This document shows, in pieces, positions 27,601 through 43,339 of a stretch of 64,000 nt of DNA. How positions within the stretch are numbered: the stretch's first letter is position 1; each line of letters begins with the position of its first letter. The stretch comes from Eledone cirrhosa. Its lineage: Eukaryota. The stretch covers positions 395,622,001 through 395,686,000 of the forward strand of contig OZ024741.1 in the NCBI GenBank assembly GCA_964016885.1. The letters run 5' to 3'. A program made the translations under genes and the position numbers. The notes beneath the pieces were generated by a model. It ran no database searches and was not told where the DNA came from. It saw only the letters and a list, made by a program, of their open reading frames with translations.

Positions 27601-30600
27601 TGAGTGTCATACAACTAGCTATATTCTCTTGTTGTGAGCGTCATACAACTAACTATATGCTCTTGTTGTGAGTGTCATACAACTAACTATATACTCTTGT
27701 TGTGAGTGTCATACAACTAGCTATATGCTCTTGTTGCGAGTGTCATACAACTAACTATATTCTCTTGTTGTGAGTGTCATACAACTAGCTATATGCTCTT
27801 GTTGTGAGTGTCATACAACTAACTATATACTCTTGTTATGAGTGTCATACAACTAGCTATATTCTCTTGTTGTGAGTGTCATACAACTAACTATATACTC
27901 TTGTTGTGAGTGTCATACAACTAGCTATATGCTCTTGTTGCCAGTGTCATACAACTAACTATATTCTCTTGTTGTGAGTGTCATACAAATAGCTATATGC
28001 TCTTGTTGTGAGTGTCATACAACTAACTATATACTCTTGTTGTGAGTGTATACAACTAGCTATATGCTCTTGTTGCGAGTGTCATACAACTAACTATATA
28101 CTCTTGTTGTGAGTGTCATACAACTAACTATATTCTCTTGTTGTGAGTGTCATACAACTAGCTATATTATCTTGTTGTGAGTGTCATACCACTAACTATA
28201 TTCTCTTGTTGCGAGTGTCATACAACTAACTATATACTCTTGTTGTAAGTGTCATACAACTAACTATATTCTCTTGTTGTGAGTCTCATACCACTAACTA
28301 TATTCTCTTGTTGCGAGTGTCATACAACAAGCTATATTCTCTTGTTGTGAGTGTCATACAACTAACTATATTCTCTTGTTGTGAGTGTCATACAACTAAC
28401 TATATTCTCTTGTTATCAGTGTCATACAACTAACTACATACTCTTGTTGTGAGTGTCATACAACTAGCTATATGCTCTTGTTGCGAGTGTCATACAACTA
28501 ACTATATACTCTTGTTGTGAGTGTCATACAACTAACTATATTCTCTTGTTGTGAGTGTCATACAACTAGCTATATTCTCTTGTTGTGAGTGTCATACCAC
28601 TAACTATATTCTCTTGTTGCGAGTGTCATACAACTAACTATATACTCTTGTTGTGAGTGTCATACAACTAACTATATTCTCTTGATGTGAGTGTTATCCA
28701 ACTAACTATATTCTCTTGTTGTGAGTGTCATACCACTAAGTATATTCTCTTGTTGCGAGTGTCATACAACTAACTATATTCTCTTGTTGTGAGTGTCATA
28801 CAACTAACTCTATTCTCTTGTTGTGAGTGTCATACAACTAACTGTATTCTCTTGTTATCAGTGTCATACAACTAATTATATACTCTTGTTGTGAGTGTCA
28901 TACAACTAACTATATACTCTTGTTGTGAGTGTCATACAACTAGCTATATTCTCTTGTTGTGAGTGTCATACAACTAACTATATTCTCTTGTTGTGAGTGT
29001 CATACAACTAGCTATATTCTCTTGTTGTGAGTGTCATACAACTAACTATATTCTCTTTTTGTGAGTGTCATACAACTAACTATACTCTCTTGTTGTGAGT
29101 GTCATACAACTAACTATATGCTCTTGTTGTGAGTGTCATACAACTAACTTTATTCGCTTGTGAGTGTCATACAACTAACTATATACTCTTGTGGTGAGTG
29201 TCATACGACAAGCTATATTCTCTTGTTGTGAGTGTCATACAACTAACTATATTCTCTTTTTGTGAGTGTCATACGACTAACTATATTCTCTTGTTGTGAG
29301 TGTCATACAACTAACTATATGCTCTTGTTGTGAGTGTCATACAACTAATTTTATTCGCTTGTGAGTGTCATACAACTAACTATATACTCTTGTGGTGAGT
29401 GTCATACAACAAGCTATATTCTCTTGTTGTGAGTGTCATACAACGAACTATAGTCTCTTGTCGTGAGTGTCATACAACTAGCTATATGCTCTTGTTGTGA
29501 ATGTCATACAACAAGCTATATTCTCTTGTTGTGAGTGTCATACAACTAGCTATATTCTCTTGTTATGAGTGTCATACAACTAGCTATATTCTCTTGTTGT
29601 GAGTCTCATACAACTAGCTATATGCTCTTGTTGCGAGTGTCATACAATTAAATATATTCTCTTGTTGTGAGTGTCATACAACTAGCTATATATTCTCTTG
29701 TTGTGAGTGTCATACAACTAGCTATATACTCTTCTTGTGAGTGTCATACAACTAGCTATATTCTCTTGTTGTGAGTGTCATACAACTAACTATATGCTCT
29801 TGTTGTGAGTGTCATACAACTAACTATATACTCTTGTTGTGAGTGTCATACAACTAGCTATATGCCCGTGTTGCGATTGTCATACAACTAACTATATTCT
29901 CTTGTTGTGAGTGACATACAACTAGCTATATGCTCTTGTTGTGAGTGTCATACAACTAACTATATACTCTTGTTATGACTGTCATACAACTAGCTATATT
30001 CTCTTGTTGTGAGTGTCATACAACTAACTATATACTCTTGTTGTGAGTGTCATACAACTAACTATATACTCTTGTTGTGAGTGTCATACAACTAACTATA
30101 AGCTCTTGTTGCGAGTATCATACAACTAAGTATATACTCTTGTTTTGAGTGTCATACAACTAACTATATACTCTTGTTGCGAGTGTCATACAACTAACTA
30201 TATACTCTTGTTGTGAATGTCATACAACTAGCTATATGCTCTTGTTGCGAGTGTCATACAACTAACTATATACTCTTGTTGTGAGTGTCATACAACTAAC
30301 TATATTCTCTTGTTGTGACAGTCAGACAACTAGCTATATTCTCTTGTTGTGAGTGTCATACCACTAACTATATTCTCTTGTTGCGAGTGTCTTACAACTA
30401 ACTATATACTCTTGTTGTAAGTGTCATACAACTAACTATATTCTCTTGTTGTGAGTGTCATACCACTAACTATATTCTCTTGTTGCGAGTGTCATACAAC
30501 AAGCTATATTCTCTTGTTATGAGTGTCATACAACTAACTATATTCTCTTGTTGTGAGTGTCATACAACTAACTATATTCTCTTGTTGTGAGTGTCATACG

Positions 30601-32150
30601 ACTAGCTATATTCTCTTGTTGTCAGTGTCATACAACTAACTATATTCTCTTGTTATCAGTGTCATACAACTAACTACATACTCTTGTTGTGAGTGTCATA
30701 CATCTAGCTATATGCTCTTGTTGCGAGTGTCATACAACTAACTATATACTCTTGTTGTGAGTGTCATACAACTAACTATATTCTCTTGTTGTGAGTATCA
30801 TACAACTAGCTATATTCTCTTGTTGTGAGTGTCATACCACTAACTATATTCTCTTGTTGCGAGTGTCATACAACTAACTATATACTCTTGTTGTGAGTGT
30901 TATACAACTAACTATATTCTCTTGTTGTGAGTGTCATACCACTAAGTATATTCTCTTGTTGTGAGTGTCATACAACTAACTTTATTCGCTTGTGAGTGTC
31001 ATACAACTAACTATATACTCTTGTGGTGAGTGTCATACAACAAGCTATATTCTCTTGTTGTGAGTGTCATACAACGAGCTATAGTCTCTTGTCGTAAGTG
31101 TCATACAACTAGCTATATGCTCTTGTTGTGAATGTCATACAACAAGCTATATTCTCTTGTTGTGAGTGTCATACAACTAGCTATATTCTCTTGTTGTGAG
31201 TGTCATACAACTAGCTATATTCTCTTGTTGTGAGTGTCATACAACTAACTATATTCTCTTGTTGTGAGTGTCATACAACTAACTATATACTCTTGTTGTG
31301 AGTGTCATACAACTAACTATATTCTCTTGTTGTGTGCGACATACAACTAACTATATTCTCTTGTTGTGAGTGTCATACAACTAGCTATATTCTCTTGTTG
31401 TGAGCGTCATACAACTAACTATATGCTCTTGTTGTGAGTGTCATACAACTAACTATATACTCTTGTTGTGAGTGTCATACAACTAGCTATATGCTCTTGT
31501 TGCGAGTGTCATACAACTAACTATATTCTCTTGTTGTGAGTGTCATACAACTAGCTATATGCTCTTGTTGTGAGTGTCATACAACTAACTATATACTCTT
31601 GTTATGAGTGTCATACAACTAGCTATATTCTCTTGTTGTGAGTGTCATACAACTAACTATATACTCTTGTTGTGAGTGTCATACAACTAGCTATATGCTC
31701 TTGTTGCCAGTGTCATACAACTAACTATATTCTCTTGTTGTGAGTGTCATACAAATAGCTATATGCTCTTGTTGTGAGTGTCATACAACTAACTATATAC
31801 TCTTGTTGTGAGTGTATACAACTAGCTATATGCTCTTGTTGCGAGTGTCATACAACTAACTATATACTCTTGTTGTGAGTGTCATACAACTAACTATATT
31901 CTCTTGTTGTGAGTGTCATACAACTAGCTATATTCTCTTGTTGTGAGTGTCATACCACTAACTATATTCTCTTGTTGCGAGTGTCATACAACTAACTATA
32001 TACTCTTGTTGTAAGTGTCATACAACTAACTATATTCTCTTGTTGTGAGTCTCATACCACTAACTATATTCTCTTGTTGCGAGTGTCATACAACAAGCTA
32101 TATTCTCTTGTTGTGAGTGTCATACAACTAACTATATTCTCTTGTTGTGA
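24670..32150. repeat. Tandem duplication of a ~3.73-3.77 kb unit (both copies homologous to window 1 to ~3650)
   Basis: TTGATGTGAG at 24950/28682 (offset 3732); GTGTGCGAC at 27566/31332 (offset 3766). The first copy lacks the GTGACAG monomer present near 1785 and 30315. Confidence 0.9.
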
Positions 32151-35080
32151 GTGTCATACAACTAACTATATTCTCTTGTTGTGAGTGTCATACAACTAGC
32201 TATATTCTCTTGTTGTGAGTGTCATACAACTAACTATATTCTCTTGTTGTGAGTGTCATACAACTAACTATATTCTCTTGTTATCAGTGTCATACAACTA
32301 ACTATATACTCTTGTTGTGAGTGTCATACAACTAGCTATATGCTCTTGTTGCGAGTGTCATACAACTAACTATATACTCTTGTTGTGAGTGTCATACAAC
32401 TAACTATATTCTCTTGTTGTGAGTGTCATACAACTAGCTATATGCTCTTGTTGTGAGTGTCATACAACTAACTATATACTCTTGTTGTAAGTGTCATACA
32501 ACTAACTATATTCTCTTGTTGTGAGTGTCATACCACTAACTATATTCTCTTGTTGTGAGTGTCATACAACTAACTATATACTCTTGTTATGAGTGTCATA
32601 CAACTAGCTATATTCTCTTGTTGTGAGTGTCATACAACTAACTATATTCTCTTGTTGTGAGTGTCATACAACTAGCTATATTCTCTTGTGAGTGTCATAC
32701 AACTAACTATATGCTCTTGTTATCAGTGTCATACAACTAATTATATACTCTTGTTGTGAGTGTCATACAACTAACTATATACTCTTGTTGTGAGTGTCAT
32801 ACAACTAGCTATATTCTCTTGTTGTGAGTGTCATACAACTAACTATATTCTCTTGTTATCAGTGTCATACAACTAATTATATACTCTTGTTGTGAGTGTC
32901 ATACAACTAACTATATACTCTTGTTGTGAGTGTCATACAACTAGCTATATTCTCTTGTTGTGAGTGTCATACAACTAACTATATTCTCTTGTTGTGAGTG
33001 TCATACAACTAGCTATATTCTCTTGTGAGTGTCATACAACTAACTATATGCTCTTGTTGTGAGTGTCATACAACTAACTATATTCGCTTGTTGTGAGTGT
33101 CATACAACTAACTATATACTCTTGTTGTGAGTGTCATACAACAAGCTATATTCTCTTGTTGTGAGTGTCATACAACTAGCTATATTCTCTTGTTTTGAAT
33201 GTCATACAACTAGCTATATTCTCTTGTTGTGAGTGTCATACAACTAACTATATTCTCTTGTTGTGAGTGTCATACAACTAACTATATGCTCTTGTTGTGA
33301 GTGTCATACAACTAACTATATTCTCTTGTTGTGTGTGACATACAACTAACTATATTCTCTTGTTGTGAGTGTCATACAACTAGCTATATACTCTTGTTGT
33401 GAGTGTCATACAACTAACTATATTCTCTTGTTGTGAGTGTCATACAACTAACTATATTCTCTTGTTGTGTGTGTCATACAACTAAATATATTCTCTTGTT
33501 GTGAGTGTCATACAACTAGCTATATTCTCTTGTTGTGAGTGTCATACAACTAACTATATTCTCTTGTTGTGAGTGTGATACAACTAACTATATGCTCTTG
33601 TTGTGAGTGTCATACAACTAATTATATTCTCTTGTTGTGAGTGTCATACAACTAACTATATTCTCTTGTTGTGAGTGTCATACAACTAGCTATATACTCT
33701 TGTTGTGAGTGTCATACAACTAACTATATACTCTTGTTTTGAGTGTCATACAACTAACTATATACTCTTGTTGTGAGTGTCATACAACTAGCTATATGCT
33801 CTGGTTGTGAGTGTCATACAACTAGCTATATTCTCTTGTTGTGAGTGTCATACAACTAGCTATATGCTCTTCTTGCGAGTCTCATACAATTAACTATATT
33901 CTCTTGTTGTGAGTGTCATACAACTAGCTATATACTCTTGTTGTGAGTGTCATACAACTGACTATATTCTCTTGTTGTGAGTGTCATACCACTAACTATA
34001 TTCTCTTGTTGCGAGTATGATACAACAAGCTATATTCTCTTGTTGTGAGTGTCATACAACTAACTATATTCTCTTGTTGTGAGTGTCATACAACTAACTA
34101 TATTCTCTTGTTGTGAGTGTCATACAACTAGCTATATTCTCTTGTTGTGAGTCTCATACAACTAACTCTATTCTCTTGTTGTGAGTGTCATACAACTAAC
34201 TATATTCTCTTGTTATCAGTGTCATACAACTAACTATATACTCTTGTTGTGAGTGTCATACAACTAGCTATATTCTCTTGTTGTGAGTGTCATACAACTA
34301 ACAATATTCTCTTGTTGTGAGTGTCATACAACTAGCTATATTCTCTTGTTGTGAGTGTCATACAACTAACTATATTCTCTTGTTGTGAGTGTCATACAAC
34401 TAACTATATTCTCTTGTTGTGAATGTCATACAACTAACTATATGCCCTTGTTGTGAGTGTCATACAACTAACTATATACTCTTGCTGTGAGTGTCATACA
34501 ACTAACTATATACTCTTGTTGTGAGTGTCATACAACTAACTATATGCTCTTGTTGCGAGTGTCATACAACTAACTATATATTCTTGTTGTGAGTGTCATA
34601 CAACTAACTATATACTCTTGTTGCGAGTGTCATACAACTAACTATATACTCTTGTTGTGAGTGTCATACAACTAGCTATATGCTCTTGTTGCGAGTGTCA
34701 TACAACTAACTATATACTCTTGTTGTGAGTGTCATACAACTAGCTATATGCTCTTGTTGCCAGTTTCATACAACTAACTATATTCTCTTGTTGTGAGTGT
34801 CATACAAATAGCTATATGCTCTTGTTGTGAGTGTCATACAACTAACTATATACTCTTGTTTTGAGTGTATACAACTAGCTATATGCTCTTGTTGCGAGTG
34901 TCATACAACTAACTATATACTCTTGTTGTGAGTGTCATACAACTAACTATATTCTCTTGTTGTGAGTGTCATACAACTAGCTATATTCTCTTGTTGTGAG
35001 TGTCATACCACTAACTATATTCTCTTGTTGCGAGTGTCATACAACTAACTATATACTCTTGTTGTGAGTGTCATACAACT
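28532..35080. repeat. Higher-order block A, copy 2
   Basis: Same ordered rare variants as 1-6550 at offset 28531. Confidence 0.9.
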
Positions 35081-38000
35081 AGCTATATTCTCTTGTTGTG
35101 AGTGTCATACAACTAGCTATATTCTCTTGTGAGTGTCATACAACTAACTATATGCTCTTGTTGTGAGTGTCATACAACTAACTATATTCGCTTGTTGTGA
35201 GTGTCATACAACTAACTATATACTCTTGTTGTGAGTGTCATACAACAAGCTATATTCTCTTGTTGTGAGTGTCATACAACTAGCTATATTCTCTTGTTTT
35301 GAATGTCATACAACTAGCTATATTCTCTTGTTGTGAGTGTCATACAACTAACTATATTCTCTTGTTGTGAGTGTCATACAACTAACTATATGCTCTTGTT
35401 GTGAGTGTCATACAACTAACTATATTCTCTTGTTGTGTGTGACATACAACTAACTATATTCTCTTGTTGTGAGTGTCATACAACTAGCTATATACTCTTG
35501 TTGTGAGTGTCATACAACTAACTATATTCTCTTGTTGTGAGTGTCATACAACTAACTATATTCTCTTGTTGTGTGTGTCATACAACTAAATATATTCTCT
35601 TGTTGTGAGTGTCATACAACTAGCTATATTCTCTTGTTGTGAGTGTCATACAACTAACTATATTCTCTTGTTGTGAGTGTGATACAACTAACTATATGCT
35701 CTTGTTGTGAGTGTCATACAACTAATTATATTCTCTTGTTGTGAGTGTCATACAACTAACTATATTCTCTTGTTGTGAGTGTCATACAACTAGCTATATA
35801 CTCTTGTTGTGAGTGTCATACAACTAACTATATACTCTTGTTTTGAGTGTCATACAACTAACTATATACTCTTGTTGTGAGTGTCATACAACTAGCTATA
35901 TGCTCTGGTTGTGAGTGTCATACAACTAGCTATATTCTCTTGTTGTGAGTGTCATACAACTAGCTATATGCTCTTCTTGCGAGTCTCATACAATTAACTA
36001 TATTCTCTTGTTGTGAGTGTCATACAACTAGCTATATACTCTTGTTGTGAGTGTCATACAACTAGCTATATTCTCTTGTTGTGAGTGTCATACCACTAAC
36101 TATATTCTCTTGTTGCGAGTGTCATACAACTAACTATATACTCTTGTTGTGAGTGTCATACAACTAGCTATATTCTCTTGTTGTGAGTGTCATACAACTA
36201 GCTATATTCTCTTGTGAGTGTCATACAACTAACTATATGCTCTTGTTGTGAGTGTCATACAACTAACTATATTCGCTTGTTGTGAGTGTCATACAACTAA
36301 CTATATACTCTTGTTGTGAGTGTCATACAACAAGCTATATTCTCTTGTTGTGAGTGTCATACAACTAGCTATATTCTCTTGTTTTGAATGTCATACAACT
36401 AGCTATATTCTCTTGTTGTGAGTGTCATACAACTAACTATATTCTCTTGTTGTGAGTGTCATACAACTAACTATATGCTCTTGTTGTGAGTGTCATACAA
36501 CTAACTATATTCTCTTGTTGTGTGTGACATACAACTAACTATATTCTCTTGTTGTGAGTGTCATACAACTAGCTATATACTCTTGTTGTGAGTGTCATAC
36601 AACTAACTATATTCTCTTGTTGTGAGTGTCATACAACTAACTATATTCTCTTGTTGTGTGTGTCATACAACTAAATATATTCTCTTGTTGTGAGTGTCAT
36701 ACAACTAGCTATATTCTCTTGTTGTGAGTGTCATACAACTAACTATATTCTCTTGTTGTGAGTGTGATACAACTAACTATATGCTCTTGTTGTGAGTGTC
36801 ATACAACTAATTATATTCTCTTGTTGTGAGTGTCATACAACTAACTATATTCTCTTGTTGTGAGTGTCATACAACTAGCTATATACTCTTGTTGTGAGTG
36901 TCATACAACTAACTATATACTCTTGTTTTGAGTGTCATACAACTAACTATATACTCTTGTTGTGAGTGTCATACAACTAGCTATATGCTCTGGTTGTGAG
37001 TGTCATACAACTAGCTATATTCTCTTGTTGTGAGTGTCATACAACTAGCTATATGCTCTTCTTGCGAGTCTCATACAATTAACTATATTCTCTTGTTGTG
37101 AGTGTCATACAACTAGCTATATACTCTTGTTGTGAGTGTCATACAACTAACTATATTCTCTTGTTGTGAGTGTCATACCACTAACTATATTCTCTTGTTG
37201 CGAGTATGATACAACAAGCTATATTCTCTTGTTGTGAGTGTCATACAACTAACTATATTCTCTTGTTGTGAGTGTCATACAACTAACTATATTCTCTTGT
37301 TGTGAGTGTCATACAACTAGCTATATTCTCTTGTTGTGAGTCTCATACAACTAACTCTATTCTCTTGTTGTGAGTGTCATACAACTAACTATATTCTCTT
37401 GTTATCAGTGTCATACAACTAACTATATACTCTTGTTGTGAGTGTCATACAACTAGCTATATTCTCTTGTTGTGAGTGTCATACAACTAACAATATTCTC
37501 TTGTTGTGAGTGTCATACAACTAGCTATATTCTCTTGTTGTGAGTGTCATACAACTAACTATATTCTCTTGTTGTGAGTGTCATACAACTAACTATATTC
37601 TCTTGTTGTGAATGTCATACAACTAACTATATGCCCTTGTTGTGAGTGTCATACAACTAACTATATACTCTTGCTGTGAGTGTCATACAACTAACTATAT
37701 GCTCTTGTTGCGAGTGTCATACAACTAACTATATATTCTTGTTGTGAGTGTCATACAACTAACTATATACTCTTGTTGCGAGTGTCATACAACTAACTAT
37801 ATACTCTTGTTGTGAGTGTCATACAACTAGCTATATGCTCTTGTTGCGAGTGTCATACAACTAACTATATACTCTTGTTGTGAGTGTCATACAACTAGCT
37901 ATATGCTCTTGTTGCCAGTTTCATACAACTAACTATATTCTCTTGTTGTGAGTGTCATACAAATAGCTATATGCTCTTGTTGTGAGTGTCATACAACTAA

Positions 38001-38200
38001 CTATATACTCTTGTTTTGAGTGTATACAACTAGCTATATGCTCTTGTTGCGAGTGTCATACAACTAACTATATACTCTTGTTGTGAGTGTCATACAACTA
38101 ACTATATTCTCTTGTTGTGAGTGTCATACAACTAGCTATATTCTCTTGTTGTGAGTGTCATACCACTAACTATATTCTCTTGTTGCGAGTGTCATACAAC
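32990..38200. repeat. Nested local triplication (periods 2104 and 1085 bp)
   Basis: CTGGTTG marker at 33801, 35905 and 36990. Spacings 2104 = 62x34-4 and 1085 = 32x34-3 match the deletion monomers each unit contains. Confidence 0.87.
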
Positions 38201-38489
38201 TAACTATATACTCTTGTTGTGAGTGTCATACAACTAACTATATTCTCTTGTTGTGAGTGTCATACCACTAACTATATTCTCTTGTTGTGAGTGTCATACA
38301 ACTAACTATATTCTCTTGTTATCAGTGTCATACAACTAATTATATACTCTTGTTGTGAGTGTCATACAACTAACTATATACTCTTGTTGTGAGTGTCATA
38401 CAACTAACTATATTCTCTTGTTGTGAGTGTCATACAACTAGCTATATTCTCTTGTGAGTGTCATACAACAAACTATATTCTCTTGTTGT

Positions 38490-40400
38490 GAGTGTCATAC
38501 AACTAGCTATATTCTCTTGTTGTGAGTGTCATACCACTAACTATATTCTCTTGTTGCGAGTGTCATACAACAAGCTATATTCTCTTGTTGTGAGTATCAT
38601 ACAACTAAATATATTCTCTTGTTGTGAGTGTCATACAACTAACTCTATTCTCTTGTTGTGTATGTCATACAACTAGCTACATTCTCTTGTTGTGAGTGTC
38701 ATACAACTAACTCTATTCTCTTGTTGTGTGTGTCATACAACTAACTATATTCTCTTGTTATCAGTGTCATACAACTAGCTATATTCACTTGTTGTGAGTG
38801 TCATACAACTAACTATACACTCTTGTTGTGATTGTCATACAACTAACAATATTCTCTTGTTGTGAGTGTCATACAACTAGCTATATGCTCTTGTTGTGAG
38901 TATCATACAACTAACTATATACTCTTGTTATGAGTGTCATACAACTAGCTATATTTTCTTGTTGTGAGTGTCAGGCAACTAACTATATACTCTTGTTGTG
39001 AATGTCATACAACTAGCTATATGCTCTTGTTGCCAGTGTCATACAACTAACTATATTCTCTTGTTGTGAGTGTCATACAACTAGCTATATGCTCTTGTCG
39101 TGAGTGTCATACAACTAACTATATACTCTTGTTGTGAGTGTCATACAACTAGCTATATGCTCTTGTTGCGAGTGTCATACAACTAACTATATACTCTTGT
39201 TGTGAATGACATACAACTAACTATATACTCTTGTTGTGAGTGTCATACAACTAACTATATGCTCTTGTTTCGAGTATCATACAACTAACTATATACTCTT
39301 GTTGTGAGTGTCATACAACTAACTATATACACTTGTTGCGAGTGTCATACAAGTAACTATATACTCTTGTTGTGACTGTCATACAACTAGCTATATGCTC
39401 TTGTTGCGAGTGTCATACAACTAACTATATACTCTTGTTGTGAGTGTCATACAACTAACTATATTCTCTTGTTGTGAGTGTCATACAACTAGCTATATTC
39501 TCTTGTTGTGCGTGTCATACTACTAACTATATTCTCTTGTTTCGAGTGTCATACAACTAACTATATACTCTTGTTGTGAGTGTCATACAACTAACTATAT
39601 TCACTTGTTGCGAGTGTCATACAACAAGCTATATTCTCTTGTTGTGAGTGTCATAAAACTAACTATATTCTCTTGTTGTGAGTGTCATACAACTAACTAT
39701 ATTCTCTTGTTGTGAGTGTCATACAACTAACTATATTCTCTTGTTGTGAGTGTCATGCAACTAACTATATTCTCTTGTTGTGAGTGTCATACAACTAGCT
39801 ATATTTCTTGTTGTGAGTGTCATACAACTAACTCTATTCTCTTGTTGTGAGTGTCATACAACTAAATATATTCTCTTGTTGTGAGTGTCATACAACTAGC
39901 TATATTCTCTTGTTGTGATTGTCATACAACTAACTATATTCTCTTGTTGTGAGTGTCATACAACTAGCTATATTCCCTGTTGTGAGTGTCATACAACTAA
40001 CTATATTCTCTTGTTGTGAGTGTCATACAACTAACTATATTCTCTTGTTGTGAGTGTCATACAACTAACTATATGCTCTTGTTGTGAGTGTCATACAACT
40101 AACTATATTCGCTTGTTGTGAGTGTCATACAACTAACTATATACTCTTGTTGTGAGTGTCATGCAACAAGCTATATTCTCTTGTTGTGAGTGTCATACAA
40201 CGAGCTATATTCTCTTGTCGTGAGTGTCATACAACTAGCTATATGCTCTTGTTGTGAATGTCATACAACAAGCTATATTCTCTTGTTGTGTGTGTCATAC
40301 AACTAGCTATATTCTCTTGTTGTGAGTGTCATACATCTAACTATATTCTCTTGTTGTGAGTGTCATATAACTAACTATATTCTCTTGTTGTGTGTGTCAT
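38490..40400. repeat. Block duplicated at about 45457-47365; first 1.1 kb also matches about 10200-11290
   Basis: Offset 6967 for TCAGGC/TCATGC 38971/45938 and TATTCCCTG 39971/46938; offset 6964 at ATACATCT 40331/47295 after a 3-bp deletion near 47217. TCAGGC is shared with 10686. Confidence 0.85.
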
Positions 40401-43339
40401 ACAACTAACTATATTCTCTTGTTGTGAGTGTCATACAACTAGCTATATTCTCTTGTTGTGAGTGTCATACAACTAGCTATATTCTCTTGTTGTGAGTGTC
40501 ATACAACTAAATCTATTCTCTTGTTGTGTGTGTCATACAACTAGCTATATTCTCTTGTTGTGAGTTTCAAACAACTAAATCTATTCTCTTTTTGTGAGTG
40601 TCATACAACTAACTATATTCTCTTGTTATCAGTGTCATACAACCAACTATATACTCTTGTTGTGAGTGTCATACAACTAACTATATACTCTTGTTGTGAG
40701 TGTCATACAACTAGCTATATTCTCTTGTTGTGATTGTCATACAACTAACTATATTCTCTTGTTGTGAGTGTCATACAACTAGCTATATTCCCTGTTGTGA
40801 GTGTCATACAACTAACTATATTCTCTTGTTGTGAGTGTCATACAACTAACTATATTCTCTTGTTGTGAGTGTCATACAACTAACTATATGCTCTTGTTGT
40901 GAGTGTCATACAACTAACTATATTCGCTTGTTGTGAGTGTCATACAACTAACTATATACTCATGTTGTGAGTGTCATGCAACAAGCTATAATCTCTTGTT
41001 GTGAGTGTCATACAACGAGCTATATTCTCTTGTCGTGAGTGTCATACAACTAGCTATATGCTCTTGTCGTGAATGTCATACAACAAGCTATATTCTCTTG
41101 TTGTGAGTGTCATACAACTAGCTATATTCTCTTGTTGTGAGTGTCATACAACTAACTATATTCTCTTGTTGTGAGTGTCATATAACTAACTATATTCTCT
41201 TGTTGTGTGTGTCATACAACTAACTATATTCTCTTGTTGTGAGTGTCATACAACTAGCTATATACTCTTGTTGTGAGTGTCATACAACTAACTATATTCT
41301 CTTGTTGTGAGTGTCATACAACTAACTATATTCTCTTGTTGTGAGTGTCATACAACTAGTTATATGCTCTTGTTGTGAGTGTCATACAACTAGCTATATT
41401 CTCTTGTTGTGAGTGTCATACAACTAGCTATATGCTCTTGTTGTGAATGTCATACAACAAGCTATATTCTCTTGTTGTGAGTGTCATACAACTAACTATA
41501 TACTCTTGTTGTGAGTGTCATACAACTAACTATATTCTCTTGTTGTGAGTGTCATACAACTAGCTATATTCTCTTGTTGTGAGTGTCATACAACTAACTA
41601 TATATTCTTGTTGTGATTGTCATACAACTAACTATATTCTCTTGTTGTGAGTGTCATACAACTAGCTATATGCTCTTGTTGTGAGTGTCATACAACTAAC
41701 TATATACTCTTGTTATGAGTGTCATACAACGAGCTATATTCTCTTGTTGTGAGTGTCATACAACTAACTATATTCTCTTGTTGTGAGTGTCATACAACTA
41801 GCTATATACTCTTGTTGTGAGTGTCATACAACTAACTATATACTCTTGTTGTGAGTGTCATACAACTAATTATATTCTCTTGTTGTGAGTGTCATACAAC
41901 TAACTATATTCTCTTGTTGTGAGTGTCATACAACTAACTATATACTCTTGTTGTGAGTGTCATACAACTAATTATATTCTCTTGTTGTGAGTGTCATACA
42001 ACTAACTATATTCTCTTGTTGTGAGTGTCATACAACTAACTATATACTCTTGTTTTGAGTGTCATACAACTAACTATATACTCTTGTTGTGAGTGTCATA
42101 CAACTAGCTATATGCTCTTGTTGTGAGTGTCATACAACTAGCTATATTCTCTTGTTGTGAGTGTCATACAACTAGCTATATGCTCTTGTTGCGAGTGTCA
42201 TACAATTAACTATATTCTCTTGTTGTGAGTGTCATACAACTAGCTATATACTCTTGTTGTGAGTGTCATACAACTAGCTATATTCTCTTGTTGTGAGTGT
42301 CATACCACTAACTATATTTTCTTGTTGCGAGTGTCATACAACTAACTATATACTCTTGTTGTGAGTGTCATACAACTAACTATATTCTCTTGTTGTGAGT
42401 GTCATACCACTAACTATATTCTCTTGTTGCGAGTATGATACAACAAGCTATATTCTCTTGTTGTGAGTGTCATACAACTAACTATATTCTCTTGTTGTGA
42501 GTGTCATACAACTAACTATATTCTCTTGTTGTGAGTGTCATACAACTAGCTATATTCTCTTGTTGTGAGTCTCATACAACTAACTCTATTCTCTTGTTGT
42601 GAGTGTCATACAACTAGCTATATGCTCTTGTCGTGAGTGTCATACAACTAACTATATACTCTTGTTGTGAGTGTCATACAACTAGCTATATGCTCTTGTT
42701 GCGAGTGTCATACAACTAAATATATACTCTTGTTGTGAATGTCATACAACTAAATATATACTCTTGTTGTGAGTGTCATACAACTAACTATATACTCTTG
42801 TTGTGAGTGTCATACAACTAACTATATACTCTTGTTGTGAGTGTCATACAACTAACTATATGCTCTTGTTTCGAGTATCATACAACTAACTATATACTCT
42901 TGTTGTGAGTGTCATACAACTAACTATATTCTCTTGTTGTGAGTGTCATACCACTAACTATATTCTCTTGTTGCGAGTGTCATACAACTAACTATATACT
43001 CTTGTTGTGAGTGTCATACAACTAACTATATTCTCTTGTTGTGAGTGTCATACAACTAACTATATTCTCTTGTTGTGAGTGTCATACGACTAGCTATATT
43101 CTCTTGTTGTGAGTGTCATACAACTAACTATATTCTCTTGTTGTGAGTGTCATACAACTAACTATATTCTCTTGTTATCAGTGTCATACAACTTACTACA
43201 TACTCTTGTTGTGAGTGTCATACAACTAGCTATATGCTCTTGTTGCGAGTGTCATACAACTAACTATATACTCTTGTTGTGTGTGTCATACAACTAACTA
43301 TAGTCTCTTGTTGTGAGTGTCATACAACTAACTCTATTC

